A DNA stretch of 13,898 bases from Candidatus Zixiibacteriota bacterium. GTDB lineage: Bacteria; Zixibacteria; MSB-5A5; WJJR01. The number at the start of each line of letters is the position of its first letter. Within the stretch, counting starts at the first letter, position 1. The DNA lies in contig JAVHPP010000071.1 in the NCBI GenBank assembly GCA_036170655.1, positions 1-13,898 on the forward strand. The letters run 5' to 3'. Both the position numbers and the translations under genes were made by a program. Below are positions 1-7,878 of the stretch, piece after piece. The notes under the pieces are model-generated. The model had not been told where the DNA came from. It saw nothing but the letters and a program-made list of their open reading frames with translations, and did no database searches.

Positions 1-2
1 CC

Positions 3-605
3 GGTCGGGCGACTGATGATCTCACCCCATCGGCACTGGCCGTTACCCGTCAGCGGCGGTCGTATGCCCGGATTGCGCGCGGGGCGTTCATCCTTTCCTC
101 GGCTGTCGTCGTTGCGTGGATGGTCTTGCTGTTGATGCAGGCCAATGTCGCAGACCGGACTGTGGCAACGGCGAAGCAAGAACTTAATGCTCTCCAGAAG
201 TCAGCGGCTGGCGAGGAAATGAGCCGTGCCGTCGCACAACTGCAGCAGACGCGGGCGCTGAACGCCTGCATCTCCGCCGCGCCGCAGCGCTGGATGCCCT
301 GGGCCAAGGCACTGACAGCGACTTTTCCCATGGGTACGCAACTCGTGTCACTTGGTTTGGACGCGCCACCGGGCGCCAGCCCGGCGACCACCAGACCCGC
401 CGCGCACCTGGAGGGACGCATCGCGCCATCGGCGCGGCCGCATTCGCTGGTCTATGCCGACTGGATCCGCGATCTCGACCGGATCGCAGGCCATGGGGCG
501 GCACGGTTGCTTTCCACTCGCGCCGTTGAATGGAAGGGGCGCCGGTCATCAGAGTTTGTGCTGCAGATCGACCCTTCCCGCAGTTCGGGAACGGAGGGGC
601 GTTGA
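3..605 (+). CDS. PilN/GspL-like type IV filament assembly protein (5'-truncated; could be the C-terminus of a PilM-PilN fusion)
   Basis: The frame is open from the window start: GRATDDLTPSALAVTRQRRSYARIARGAFILSSAVVVAWMVLLL. This is a DLTP variant of the PilN NLLP motif, then a basic patch, one TM helix, a coiled coil (AKQELNALQK...AQLQQ) and a ferredoxin-like tail ending FVLQID. It heads an N-O-P-Q gene order, and its stop overlaps the next start (TGATG). Confidence 0.7.
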   Translation, partial: GRATDDLTPSALAVTRQRRSYARIARGAFILSSAVVVAWMVLLLMQANVADRTVATAKQELNALQKSAAGEEMSRAVAQLQQTRALNACISAAPQRWMPWAKALTATFPMGTQLVSLGLDAPPGASPATTRPAAHLEGRIAPSARPHSLVYADWIRDLDRIAGHGAARLLSTRAVEWKGRRSSEFVLQIDPSRSSGTEGR

Positions 606-1192
606 TGTTGAAGCAATTGCCCACGTGGGTCCGTTGGAGCGTTCTCGCCGTGGTTCTTTGGGGTGTCTGGCTCTTCGTCGTCATGCCGGTTTTCGCGCGA
701 CGCATCGAGTCATGTGACCAGCAGCATCGGGGGACAGACCGGCAATGTGCCGAATTGCAGATGCGTCTGAAGCAAGCGCCCGCCCTGGTGTCGCAGTCCG
801 ATTCATGCTGCGTGCAACTCATGAATCATCTGGCGGCCCTGACACAGTCGGATAGCATCGTGAACCTTGTTGCCCGTCTTTGCGGGGATGGAACTCGTCT
901 CGGTCTCAGGAGCGTGCGGGCGGAACCGGATCTGGCCAGTCTGCTGCACCGCTCTGCCGGTTGGGAAACGCCCTCGACCGGCATCCATTTGGACACGCTG
1001 GTCGTGGCGCTGACGGGTGCCGGCCGGTTCCTCGACATTGGTGCATGGCTGGATGGCGTCGAAGCGAGGCCGGATTTCCGTACCTGGCAGTCATGCCGCT
1101 GGACCGCTGGCGATGACCCGGCAGGAACTGTCTTTGAAGGACACGTTATGTTGATCGTGGCCAGCGGTCAGGTTGCTGCCGACATCAGATAA
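605..1192 (+). CDS. PilO/GspM/MshJ-like type IV filament assembly protein (195 aa)
   Basis: ATG 605 overlaps the upstream stop, with SD-like GGAGGGG at 593-599, so I prefer it over the 530 start in the ORF track. It has an N-terminal TM (WSVLAVVLWGVWLFVVMP), a coiled coil, and LTGAGRFLDIGAWLDGVE, resembling the PilO G.Y..L..FL..LE motif. Confidence 0.7.
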   Translation: MLKQLPTWVRWSVLAVVLWGVWLFVVMPVFARRIESCDQQHRGTDRQCAELQMRLKQAPALVSQSDSCCVQLMNHLAALTQSDSIVNLVARLCGDGTRLGLRSVRAEPDLASLLHRSAGWETPSTGIHLDTLVVALTGAGRFLDIGAWLDGVEARPDFRTWQSCRWTAGDDPAGTVFEGHVMLIVASGQVAADIR

Positions 1193-1208
1193 TGCGCGGA
1201 GTTTATTG

Positions 1209-1697
1209 ATGACCGAGAAGCGGCGAAAACAGATGGTCTATGGCGTCTTCCTGCTGGTTGCTTTGTGGGGTCTCACCATGGAGCCGTGGAAGCGTTCCCA
1301 GCCTGATGCTCCATCCCGCACGGGCGAACCGGCACCAAATGCAGCCCCAGCGGTTGTCGCATCCATTGTCCCGGTCGCAACCACTCCCGTGGGAGCCACA
1401 GTGGCGGGAGTGACCGGCCGATGGACGAAAGATCCATTCGGTGGTGTCGCCGTTTCCACGGAACCCGGTGCGCCCCGGCCGCCAGTATCTCCGTCTGCCG
1501 TTCCCATTCTCCAAGGAATCGTGGTTGTCGGCAAAGCCCCGGCCTGTGTCATGGGCAACAAGGTGATGCGCGCCGGTGATGTTATCGAGGGCTGGCGCAT
1601 CGACCAGATTACAGCCGATTCGGTGGTCATCGTCCATGTGTCGGATCAGAAGCGTCTTGCGCTGCGGGCTGGCGTAGCCCACGGCAACAAAGGATAG
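1209..1697 (+). CDS. PilP/MshK/GspC-like secretin-partner protein, TM-anchored (162 aa)
   Basis: SD GGAG at 1198-1201 precedes ATG 1209. It has a basic N-terminus plus TM, a Pro/Ala/Thr-rich linker, a WTKDPF motif (PilP RDPF-like), and a C-terminal beta domain LQGIVV...ACVMGNKVMRAGDVIEGWRIDQITADSVVI typical of the PilP/GspC-HR fold. It lies immediately before the secretin. Confidence 0.65.
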   Translation: MTEKRRKQMVYGVFLLVALWGLTMEPWKRSQPDAPSRTGEPAPNAAPAVVASIVPVATTPVGATVAGVTGRWTKDPFGGVAVSTEPGAPRPPVSPSAVPILQGIVVVGKAPACVMGNKVMRAGDVIEGWRIDQITADSVVIVHVSDQKRLALRAGVAHGNKG

Positions 1698-1704
1698 TGG
1701 GTGA

Positions 1705-2997
1705 ATGATGAAACGTGTGCATCCCAAGTGTGTGGTCATGCTCCTGGTCATGGCGATCGTTTTTGTGCCGGCGTGGAAGGCGGTGAAGGCCGAACCGGGC
1801 GCGCAGACCGTCAGCCTCCAGTTCAGCCGGACCGACATCCAGACCGTCCTCGGGGCGCTCGCGACCCAAGTGGGCTTTAACCTGGTTGTCGGGCCGGATG
1901 TCAAAGGCGACATCGATGTTCATCTGGCGGATGTTGACTGGCGGGTGGCGCTCAACACGATCGTGGCCGCCAACGGGTATTCGTATTTCTGGAACGACAA
2001 TGTCCTCGTTGTCCTGCCTGCGGCCCAAGATGCCCCCGAAGGTGTTGTGCATCGGGTGGTCAAGCTTCGCTATGCTGATCCGCTGGCTGTCAAAGGCGTG
2101 CTGGCGAGCGTGCTCTCTCCCCGGGGCAAGGTCGAGATGGTCGGCACGGCGGCTGCTTCAGGTGCCAACACAACCAGCCGCCCTGTTCTCGTCCTGACCG
2201 AATCTCCCCAGTTGATTCCCGGTCTCTTGAGCATTGTGGACTCGCTTGATGTGCCCATCCCGCAGTTCGAGATCGGGGTTAAGTTCATCGAGACCGATAT
2301 CGACAATCGCTTAGGCGTGGGGATCAATTGGCCGACCACTCTGACCGCTACTGTGGCCAAGAAGAACACGACAACCTCAACCACACAGTCTGTCAGCACT
2401 CCGGCTGCGGAGTACCCGATCCCCGCCGGGAAGATCTGGAAGTTCGGGACGCTCAGTATCGATCAGTTCACGGGGGTTCTGGATATGCTGCAACAGAACG
2501 GCACGTCGCGCCTGCTGTCAGACCCGCGCGTCACTGTGCTGGAGAATCAGAAGGCGACCATCAAGGTCACCACGACCATCCCGGTTCAAACCCTCAACCG
2601 ATTCACGGAAGGGGCCGTCATCCAGGACATTGTCAACTTCCAGGACCTCGATGTGGGTATCACCCTGACGGTGGTTCCCCGGTTGAACGACTCCAGCCAG
2701 ATCACGCTCGAGGTTGAGCCCGTGGTGGAAGAGATTACCGGCTCTACCGGCCCGCCGGAGAACGAGCGGCCGATCACGGCCAAGCGGACGGTCAAGACCA
2801 CTGTGCGCGTTGCTGACGGTGCCACGCTGGTCATTGGCGGTCTGGTGCGCGAGACCAAGCTGGACAAGCGCAACAAGGTATTCCTTCTCGGTGACATTCC
2901 GTTTCTGGGGGCGTTATTCACCCACAAGACAGTCGAGACCAAGAAGACTGACCTGCTGATCTTCATCACGCCCCATATTCTTTCTGCGGCCGAGTAA
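1705..2997 (+). CDS. Secretin, PilQ/GspD/MshL family (430 aa)
   Basis: Signal peptide (AVKA), N0/STN-like domain (VSLQFSRTDIQTVL...VKGDIDVHLADVDWRVALNTI), one N3-like domain (VVKLRYADP...LDVP), and secretin core motifs LSDPRVTVLENQKATI, DVGITLTVVP, TTVRVADGATLVIGGL, VFLLGDIPFLGALF, LLIFITPHI. Confidence 0.93.
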   Translation: MMKRVHPKCVVMLLVMAIVFVPAWKAVKAEPGAQTVSLQFSRTDIQTVLGALATQVGFNLVVGPDVKGDIDVHLADVDWRVALNTIVAANGYSYFWNDNVLVVLPAAQDAPEGVVHRVVKLRYADPLAVKGVLASVLSPRGKVEMVGTAAASGANTTSRPVLVLTESPQLIPGLLSIVDSLDVPIPQFEIGVKFIETDIDNRLGVGINWPTTLTATVAKKNTTTSTTQSVSTPAAEYPIPAGKIWKFGTLSIDQFTGVLDMLQQNGTSRLLSDPRVTVLENQKATIKVTTTIPVQTLNRFTEGAVIQDIVNFQDLDVGITLTVVPRLNDSSQITLEVEPVVEEITGSTGPPENERPITAKRTVKTTVRVADGATLVIGGLVRETKLDKRNKVFLLGDIPFLGALFTHKTVETKKTDLLIFITPHILSAAE

Positions 2998-3051
2998 CGC
3001 TGCGCCGAGATACCACTTGATCGGGACGCAAAGCGCAAAGATCTTCGGAAC

Positions 3052-3807
3052 ATGAATGTCCCCGGTTCCGAGCCCGCCGCCGATGGGTCGCTCCGCACGC
3101 TCGAGCTCGTCAAGTCGTACCGAAGACGTCGCGTGGTCAACGGCGTGTCGGTGACGATTGCTCCGGGTGAAATCGTGGGGTTGCTGGGCCCCAACGGCGC
3201 CGGCAAGACGACCACATTCTATATGATCATCGGATTCATCAAGCCCGAATCGGGTGATGTGCTGCTTGGCGATCGCACGATCACGAAGTTGCCGATGTAT
3301 CGGCGAGCCCGCCTCGGCATCGGCTATCTGCCGCAAGAGACTTCGATTTTTCGCAAGCTGTCCGTTGCGGACAACATCATGGCGGTGCTCGAAGTCCAGA
3401 ACATGACACGGGCAGAGCGAAAGTCCCGGCTGGATGAACTGCTGGAAGAGCTGAACATCGCCAATGTCGCCAGAGCGCGGGGATTTCAGTTGTCCGGCGG
3501 CGAAACGCGCCGTGTGGAAATTGCCCGGGCCCTCGCCTGCCGTCCCACGTTCATGCTCTTGGACGAACCCTTTGCGGGCATCGACCCCATCGCTGTCCAG
3601 GATATCCAGTCAATTGTCGCGCGTCTCAGAGAGAAGGGGCTGGGCATCCTCATCACCGACCACAATGTTCGCGAGACGCTGTCGCTCACAGACCGGGCCT
3701 ATATCATGTTTGAGGGCAATGTCCTGCGTGAAGGGACGGCGGAATTTCTCGCCAGCGATCCGGAAGCGCGCAAGATTTATTTGGGGGAGAAGTTCAGTCT
3801 GAACTGA
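3052..3807 (+). CDS. lptB: LPS export ABC transporter ATP-binding protein LptB
   Basis: Walker [23 protein letters not shown], signature [36 protein letters not shown] and C-terminal YLGEKF are all LptB-characteristic. Confidence 0.95.
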   Translation: MNVPGSEPAADGSLRTLELVKSYRRRRVVNGVSVTIAPGEIVGLLGPNGAGKTTTFYMIIGFIKPESGDVLLGDRTITKLPMYRRARLGIGYLPQETSIFRKLSVADNIMAVLEVQNMTRAERKSRLDELLEELNIANVARARGFQLSGGETRRVEIARALACRPTFMLLDEPFAGIDPIAVQDIQSIVARLREKGLGILITDHNVRETLSLTDRAYIMFEGNVLREGTAEFLASDPEARKIYLGEKFSLN

Positions 3808-3838
3808 AGCACTCCCCGGGCGCCAACGCCGTCTCACT

Positions 3839-4804
3839 ATGGCCACGATTCGCTACATCCTCAGGAGAGTTGTCCACAACCCGGGCGTGAAGCTGCTCGC
3901 CTTGGCTCTGGCTCTCCTCTTGTGGTTTCATGTGGCGACTGATCGGGAGTATGAAGTCGACGTTCGTTATGAGTTGGCCTATCGCCATCTTCCCGATTCG
4001 CTGACCTTCAGCGAGGCACCTCTGGCGGCGATTGACGCCCGTATGCGTGGCACGGGGAAGCTGCTGCTGCCCTCTTTATGGGGAAAGTTCGTGTGGCCGA
4101 TTGATCTGACGGGCGCCAAGGCCGGTACCATGACTGTTCCCCTTGGTCCGGCTCAAGTGCCTCTCCTCGGGATCGAGGGCGCGAGAGTCTTGGGGCTGAA
4201 TGATGTCAACGAATTGAAGCTGCACATTGACAGAATTGGCAGCAAAATCGTGCCCCTCGTTTCCAATTGTGCTTTCGAGACGGATGCCGGACATGTCTGT
4301 GTCGGGGCGGAGGAGTGGACGCCAGATTCTGTGCGGGTCACTGGTCCCCGGACTGTTCTGGCTGGCATCAGCTCGGTGTTCACCCGGCGGGTGCAATTGG
4401 CGGACCTGAAGGGACCGGTGGACCGGGAGATTGAGCTGACGCCTCCGCCGGGGAACGACATTTCCATCTCTCCCCAGAGGGTGCGTCTCCGCCGTATGGT
4501 GGAGGAGTACATGGAGCGGGAGTATTCCGGCCAGCCTGTGCAGGTGAGAATGCCGGACTCTCCGGACACATTCGGGGTGACTCCTCCCACGGTCAGCGTC
4601 CAAGTGGGCGGGCCACGTTCGGAGATGGAGAAGATCGTCGCCGACTCTGTTTCCGTTGTCTATGTCGCCACGGTGAATGATTCCACCGGTCTGCGCCGTC
4701 ATCTGCGGGCTCAGGTTCCCGCCCCGTTACGGGTCTTGAAGATCAGCCCGGATTCGGTTACCGTATGGCGTGATGCGCGCTCCCGGCCCCGTGCTCGGCA
4801 TTGA
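3839..4804 (+). CDS. YbbR/CdaR-like single-pass membrane protein
   Basis: N-terminal NPGVKLLALALALLLWFHV matches the YbbR/CdaR N..LK..SL..A..LW motif. It is followed by repeated beta domains with P..V.V.GP motifs (PDSVRVTGPR, PPTVSVQVGGPR, ISPDSVTV). Confidence 0.8.
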   Translation: MATIRYILRRVVHNPGVKLLALALALLLWFHVATDREYEVDVRYELAYRHLPDSLTFSEAPLAAIDARMRGTGKLLLPSLWGKFVWPIDLTGAKAGTMTVPLGPAQVPLLGIEGARVLGLNDVNELKLHIDRIGSKIVPLVSNCAFETDAGHVCVGAEEWTPDSVRVTGPRTVLAGISSVFTRRVQLADLKGPVDREIELTPPPGNDISISPQRVRLRRMVEEYMEREYSGQPVQVRMPDSPDTFGVTPPTVSVQVGGPRSEMEKIVADSVSVVYVATVNDSTGLRRHLRAQVPAPLRVLKISPDSVTVWRDARSRPRARH

Positions 4805-5816
4805 GACTTCGTGCGATGAAACCGCGGCCGCGGTGGTCGCCGCCGACGGGCGGATCCTCTCGAACATCATCTTTTCACAGTCGGTTCATGCGTCATACGG
4901 CGGCGTCGTCCCAGAACTGGCGTCACGAGAGCATGCGGGGCGTCTGCCGGGCATTGTTGGGGCGGCGCTTGCTGAAGCAAGTGTGAGCATTGGCGATCTG
5001 GCTGGTATTGCCGTTACCGCAGGACCAGGGCTGGTGGGGTGTCTTCTGGTGGGTGTGGCGTTTGCGCGCGCCGTGGCCAAGGGGAGAAATATCCCTTTGT
5101 TTCCGGTGAATCATCTCGAGGGGCATGCCTACACGCCGGCGATGACCGATCCGGCCATCGACTACCCACACTTGGCTCTGATCGCTTCTGGCGGACACAC
5201 CTCGCTTGTACTCGTTGAGACAATTGGCCAATTCCGTCTCCTTGGGCAGACACGCGACGATGCCGCCGGGGAGGCGCTCGACAAGGTCGGCAAGTGGATG
5301 GGGTACGACTATCCCGCCGGACCGGCGCTGGATCAAGCGGGTCAGGGCGGCAATCCCAAAGCGGTGGGATTCCCACGCGCGAAGTTTGAGGGACAGGGAT
5401 ATGACTTCTCGTTCTCTGGTGTGAAGACCGCAGCGGCACAGGACTGGGAGGAGCGGGAGTCCGGCCGGAAGCCAAAGATTGATCGCGCCGACTGGATTGC
5501 ATCATTCGAAGCGGCTGTCATCGACGCACTGTGTGACAATCTCTTTCGCGCTGCCGAGGACCTGTCAATCGGTTGTGTCGCGATCGCCGGCGGAGTCGCG
5601 CGCAACCGCCGCTGGCGGCAGACTGTCACGGAATGGGCGGCCCGGACAAAGCGCACGGCAATCATTCCACCATCTGTCTTGTGTGCCGACAATGCCGCGA
5701 TGATTGCGGGTGTCGGCCTGTATCACTGGCGACCAGATGGGGGAGATGCCGGAGCCATCGACGCCGTGCCAAACTGGGAGCTGGGCAAGCCGCTGCCATT
5801 ATCGGGGATCGCATGA
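4773..5816 (+). CDS. tsaD: tRNA N6-adenosine threonylcarbamoyltransferase TsaD
   Basis: LGIETSCDET, YGGVVPELASREH, GPGL, metal-binding NHLEGH, SGGHT, TRDDAAGEALDK, FSFSGVKTA, GGVARN, DNAAMI. The start is ATG 4773 (or GTG 4770) and overlaps the upstream gene by about 32 nt. Confidence 0.96.
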   Translation: MRAPGPVLGIETSCDETAAAVVAADGRILSNIIFSQSVHASYGGVVPELASREHAGRLPGIVGAALAEASVSIGDLAGIAVTAGPGLVGCLLVGVAFARAVAKGRNIPLFPVNHLEGHAYTPAMTDPAIDYPHLALIASGGHTSLVLVETIGQFRLLGQTRDDAAGEALDKVGKWMGYDYPAGPALDQAGQGGNPKAVGFPRAKFEGQGYDFSFSGVKTAAAQDWEERESGRKPKIDRADWIASFEAAVIDALCDNLFRAAEDLSIGCVAIAGGVARNRRWRQTVTEWAARTKRTAIIPPSVLCADNAAMIAGVGLYHWRPDGGDAGAIDAVPNWELGKPLPLSGIA

Positions 5817-5857
5817 GAAACGCACGACCCGCCAGTTCTCGTTTTCGGGGTGGAATC

Positions 5858-5936
5858 TGTAGGGGCACGGCTTGCCGTGCCCGAACCTGTGGCGCTCGCG
5901 CACACCACAGCGGGCATGGCAAGCCGTGCCCCTCCA
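5858..5936. repeat. Inverted REP doublet (GTAG-type REP/REPIN-like element)
   Basis: GTAGGGGCACGGCTTGCCGTGCCC (5859-5882) and GGGCATGGCAAGCCGTGCCCCTCC (5912-5935) are reverse complements at 22 of 24 positions. Each is internally palindromic with a GTAG (or GGAG) foot. There is an inner stem CTGTGG/CCACAG (5887-5892/5905-5910). Confidence 0.8.
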
Positions 5937-5995
5937 CTTGCCGAATCACCGACCGGGTTGTCTCATCCATTCGGACGTTTTCGGGAGTCTGAGAG

Positions 5996-6892
5996 ATGCC
6001 GCGCACAACGACTGTGCCATTTCACATTCCGGTCAGCGCCTATCGGCGCCAGCTTCTGTTGCTTGTGCGGCAGGCGCTCGACGAAGATGTCGGGCGAGGT
6101 GACCTAACTGTGGAAGCCATGAATCTTGGGCGGGAGTCAAGCGAAGCGGCATTGGTTGCCAAGTCCCCCGGTGTCTTGGCTGGTGCTGATGCTTTCGAGG
6201 CGACCTTCCGGCATCTCGACCGCAACTGCCGGTTTGAATGGAGTGTGGAAGAGGGAGCGTGCTTCCGTTCAGGGTCGATGGTTGTTCAAATCCATGGACG
6301 GGCAGCGGCGCTCCTGACGGGAGAGCGGACGGCAATCAACTTCCTGGCGCATCTGTCTGGGATTGCCACGGCGACGCGCCATCTTGTTGACTTGATCCCC
6401 AGGGGACGAACTCGTCTTCTCGACACGCGTAAGACCACCCCTGGCTGGCGGTATCTCGAAAAGCGCGCCACACTTCTGGGCGGCGCTATGAACCACCGGC
6501 TTGGGTTGCACGATGCCCTGATGGTGAAAGACACGCATGTCGGTGCGGTCGGGGATTTCAAAGAGGCAGTTCAGCGCGCACGGAAAGCTACGGGGAAGCA
6601 GCCGCTGATCTGCGAGGTTCATGATCCGTCGGAGGTGGGAACCGCCATCGCGCTCGGTGCGCGCTGGCTGTTGCTAGACAACTTCAGCCCGATCGTGTTG
6701 CACCGGATGATCGCTGAAGTCCGGCAGCTTGAGAAAAACGCCCGGATCCGTGTGGTCGTCGAGGTCTCCGGAGGGGTTACCGCAAAGACCATCGCCGCAA
6801 TTGCGCGTTGTGGTCCCGACTATATCTCGTCCGGGAGCATCACCCACTCCGCGCCAGCGGTCGATTTCAGTATGAAGTGGGTTTCCCGATGA
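5996..6892 (+). CDS. nadC: Nicotinate-nucleotide diphosphorylase (carboxylating), quinolinate phosphoribosyltransferase
   Basis: ALDEDVGRGDLT, LLTGERTAINFL..LSGIAT, DTRKTTPGWRYLEK, NHRLGLHD..MVKDTH, LLLDNF, EVSGGV, DYISSGSITHSAP.DFSM. Confidence 0.95.
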   Translation: MPRTTTVPFHIPVSAYRRQLLLLVRQALDEDVGRGDLTVEAMNLGRESSEAALVAKSPGVLAGADAFEATFRHLDRNCRFEWSVEEGACFRSGSMVVQIHGRAAALLTGERTAINFLAHLSGIATATRHLVDLIPRGRTRLLDTRKTTPGWRYLEKRATLLGGAMNHRLGLHDALMVKDTHVGAVGDFKEAVQRARKATGKQPLICEVHDPSEVGTAIALGARWLLLDNFSPIVLHRMIAEVRQLEKNARIRVVVEVSGGVTAKTIAAIARCGPDYISSGSITHSAPAVDFSMKWVSR

Positions 6893-7878
6893 TCGCAAAT
6901 CCGGCCATGGATCCGCTTACCACCGAAGTGATCGGTTTGCTGCGCGGCCACAAACGCCCGCCGACACTGGGTAGTCTGGCCATGACGCTGAATATCAGCA
7001 AGCCGCGGCTGCTGCGGGCTGTGGAAAACATCAGAGAACTTGGTTATGGAATCGGAATGGACCACGACCAGCGTTTATCACTGCTGACATCACCCGATCA
7101 GATGACCGACATCGAGATACTGTCCGGGCTGAAGACACGTTCGTTCGGACGTTATCTGCACTGCTACCGGAAGATCGGATCGACAAACGCCGCTGCTATC
7201 GAACTGGCCGAGCAGGGGGCCCCGGAGGGCACGGTCGTGGTCGCCGAAGAACAGACCAAAGGACGGGGGCGTCTGGGGCGGCGCTGGCATTCGCCCCCCG
7301 GTCTGGGTATCTGGTCGTCGGTGGTTCTGCGTCCGGTCGTGTTGCCCGCGCAGGCCGCGGGTCTGTCGCTTCTGGCGGCGTTGGCCTTCGCCGAGACCGT
7401 CGAATCGGACCTCGGTCTGGAGGTTCAACTCAAGTGGCCGAACGACGGGCTGATCAAAGGCCGCAAAATCTGCGGCGTGCTCGTGGAACTGTCCGCCGAA
7501 GTTGACCGTGTGCACTACGCGATCTGCGGCGTGGGCATCAATGCCGCCCACAGCGCCAAAGACTTCCCCTCAGCCCTGCGTAAGACCGCCGGGTCGCTGG
7601 CGATGGCCAAGGACGCTCCGGTTGATCGCCTCGCGTTCTACCGCTCGTTCCTGCTGCATTTCGAGACAATCTACCGGCGCTTCCGGCACGAGGGCCTTTC
7701 CCCGCTTCTCCCTGACTATCGGCAGCGGTCGCTTCTCTTGGGGAAGAAGGTGACTGTGCGTCAGGGGCGCGAGAAAATCACCGGTGTTGCTATGGCCATC
7801 GATGACACCGGCGGTCTGGTTGTGCGCAAAGGCAAAAAAGAGATCGTCGTGCATTCGGGAGAGGCGACACTGCGGTGA
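6889..7878 (+). CDS. birA: Bifunctional biotin operon repressor / biotin-[acetyl-CoA-carboxylase] ligase (group II, 329 aa)
   Basis: ATG 6889 overlaps the nadC stop (ATGA). It has an N-terminal wHTH (LAMTLNISKPRLLRAVENIRELGYGI), then STN, QTKGRGRLGRRW, KWPND, KICGVL, GVGIN, and a C-terminal SH3-like domain ending SGE. Confidence 0.94.
   Translation: MIANPAMDPLTTEVIGLLRGHKRPPTLGSLAMTLNISKPRLLRAVENIRELGYGIGMDHDQRLSLLTSPDQMTDIEILSGLKTRSFGRYLHCYRKIGSTNAAAIELAEQGAPEGTVVVAEEQTKGRGRLGRRWHSPPGLGIWSSVVLRPVVLPAQAAGLSLLAALAFAETVESDLGLEVQLKWPNDGLIKGRKICGVLVELSAEVDRVHYAICGVGINAAHSAKDFPSALRKTAGSLAMAKDAPVDRLAFYRSFLLHFETIYRRFRHEGLSPLLPDYRQRSLLLGKKVTVRQGREKITGVAMAIDDTGGLVVRKGKKEIVVHSGEATLR

Noticed and set aside
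530..604. Upstream starts in the ORF track (530, 1173, 6808, 9114)
   Set aside because: Downstream ATGs (605, 1209, 6889, 9207) have SD sequences or stop-start overlaps and match family N-termini.
3005..3046. GGGACGCAAAGC between the secretin gene and lptB, resembling the c-di-GMP-I riboswitch core
   Set aside because: There is no upstream GGCAAAC, no GNRA-capped P2 and no recognisable P3. It is better explained as a tandem CGCAAAG x2 (3027-3040).
50..3336. Long minus-strand ORFs (184-822, 1203-1913, 2586-3215 and others)
   Set aside because: They overlap better-supported + strand genes that have coupled starts and family motifs, and their composition is typical of off-frame GC-rich sequence.
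5850..6107. 85-aa and 76-aa ORFs crossing the REP doublet into nadC
   Set aside because: They are translations of palindromic non-coding DNA that overlap nadC out of frame, with no protein-like motifs.
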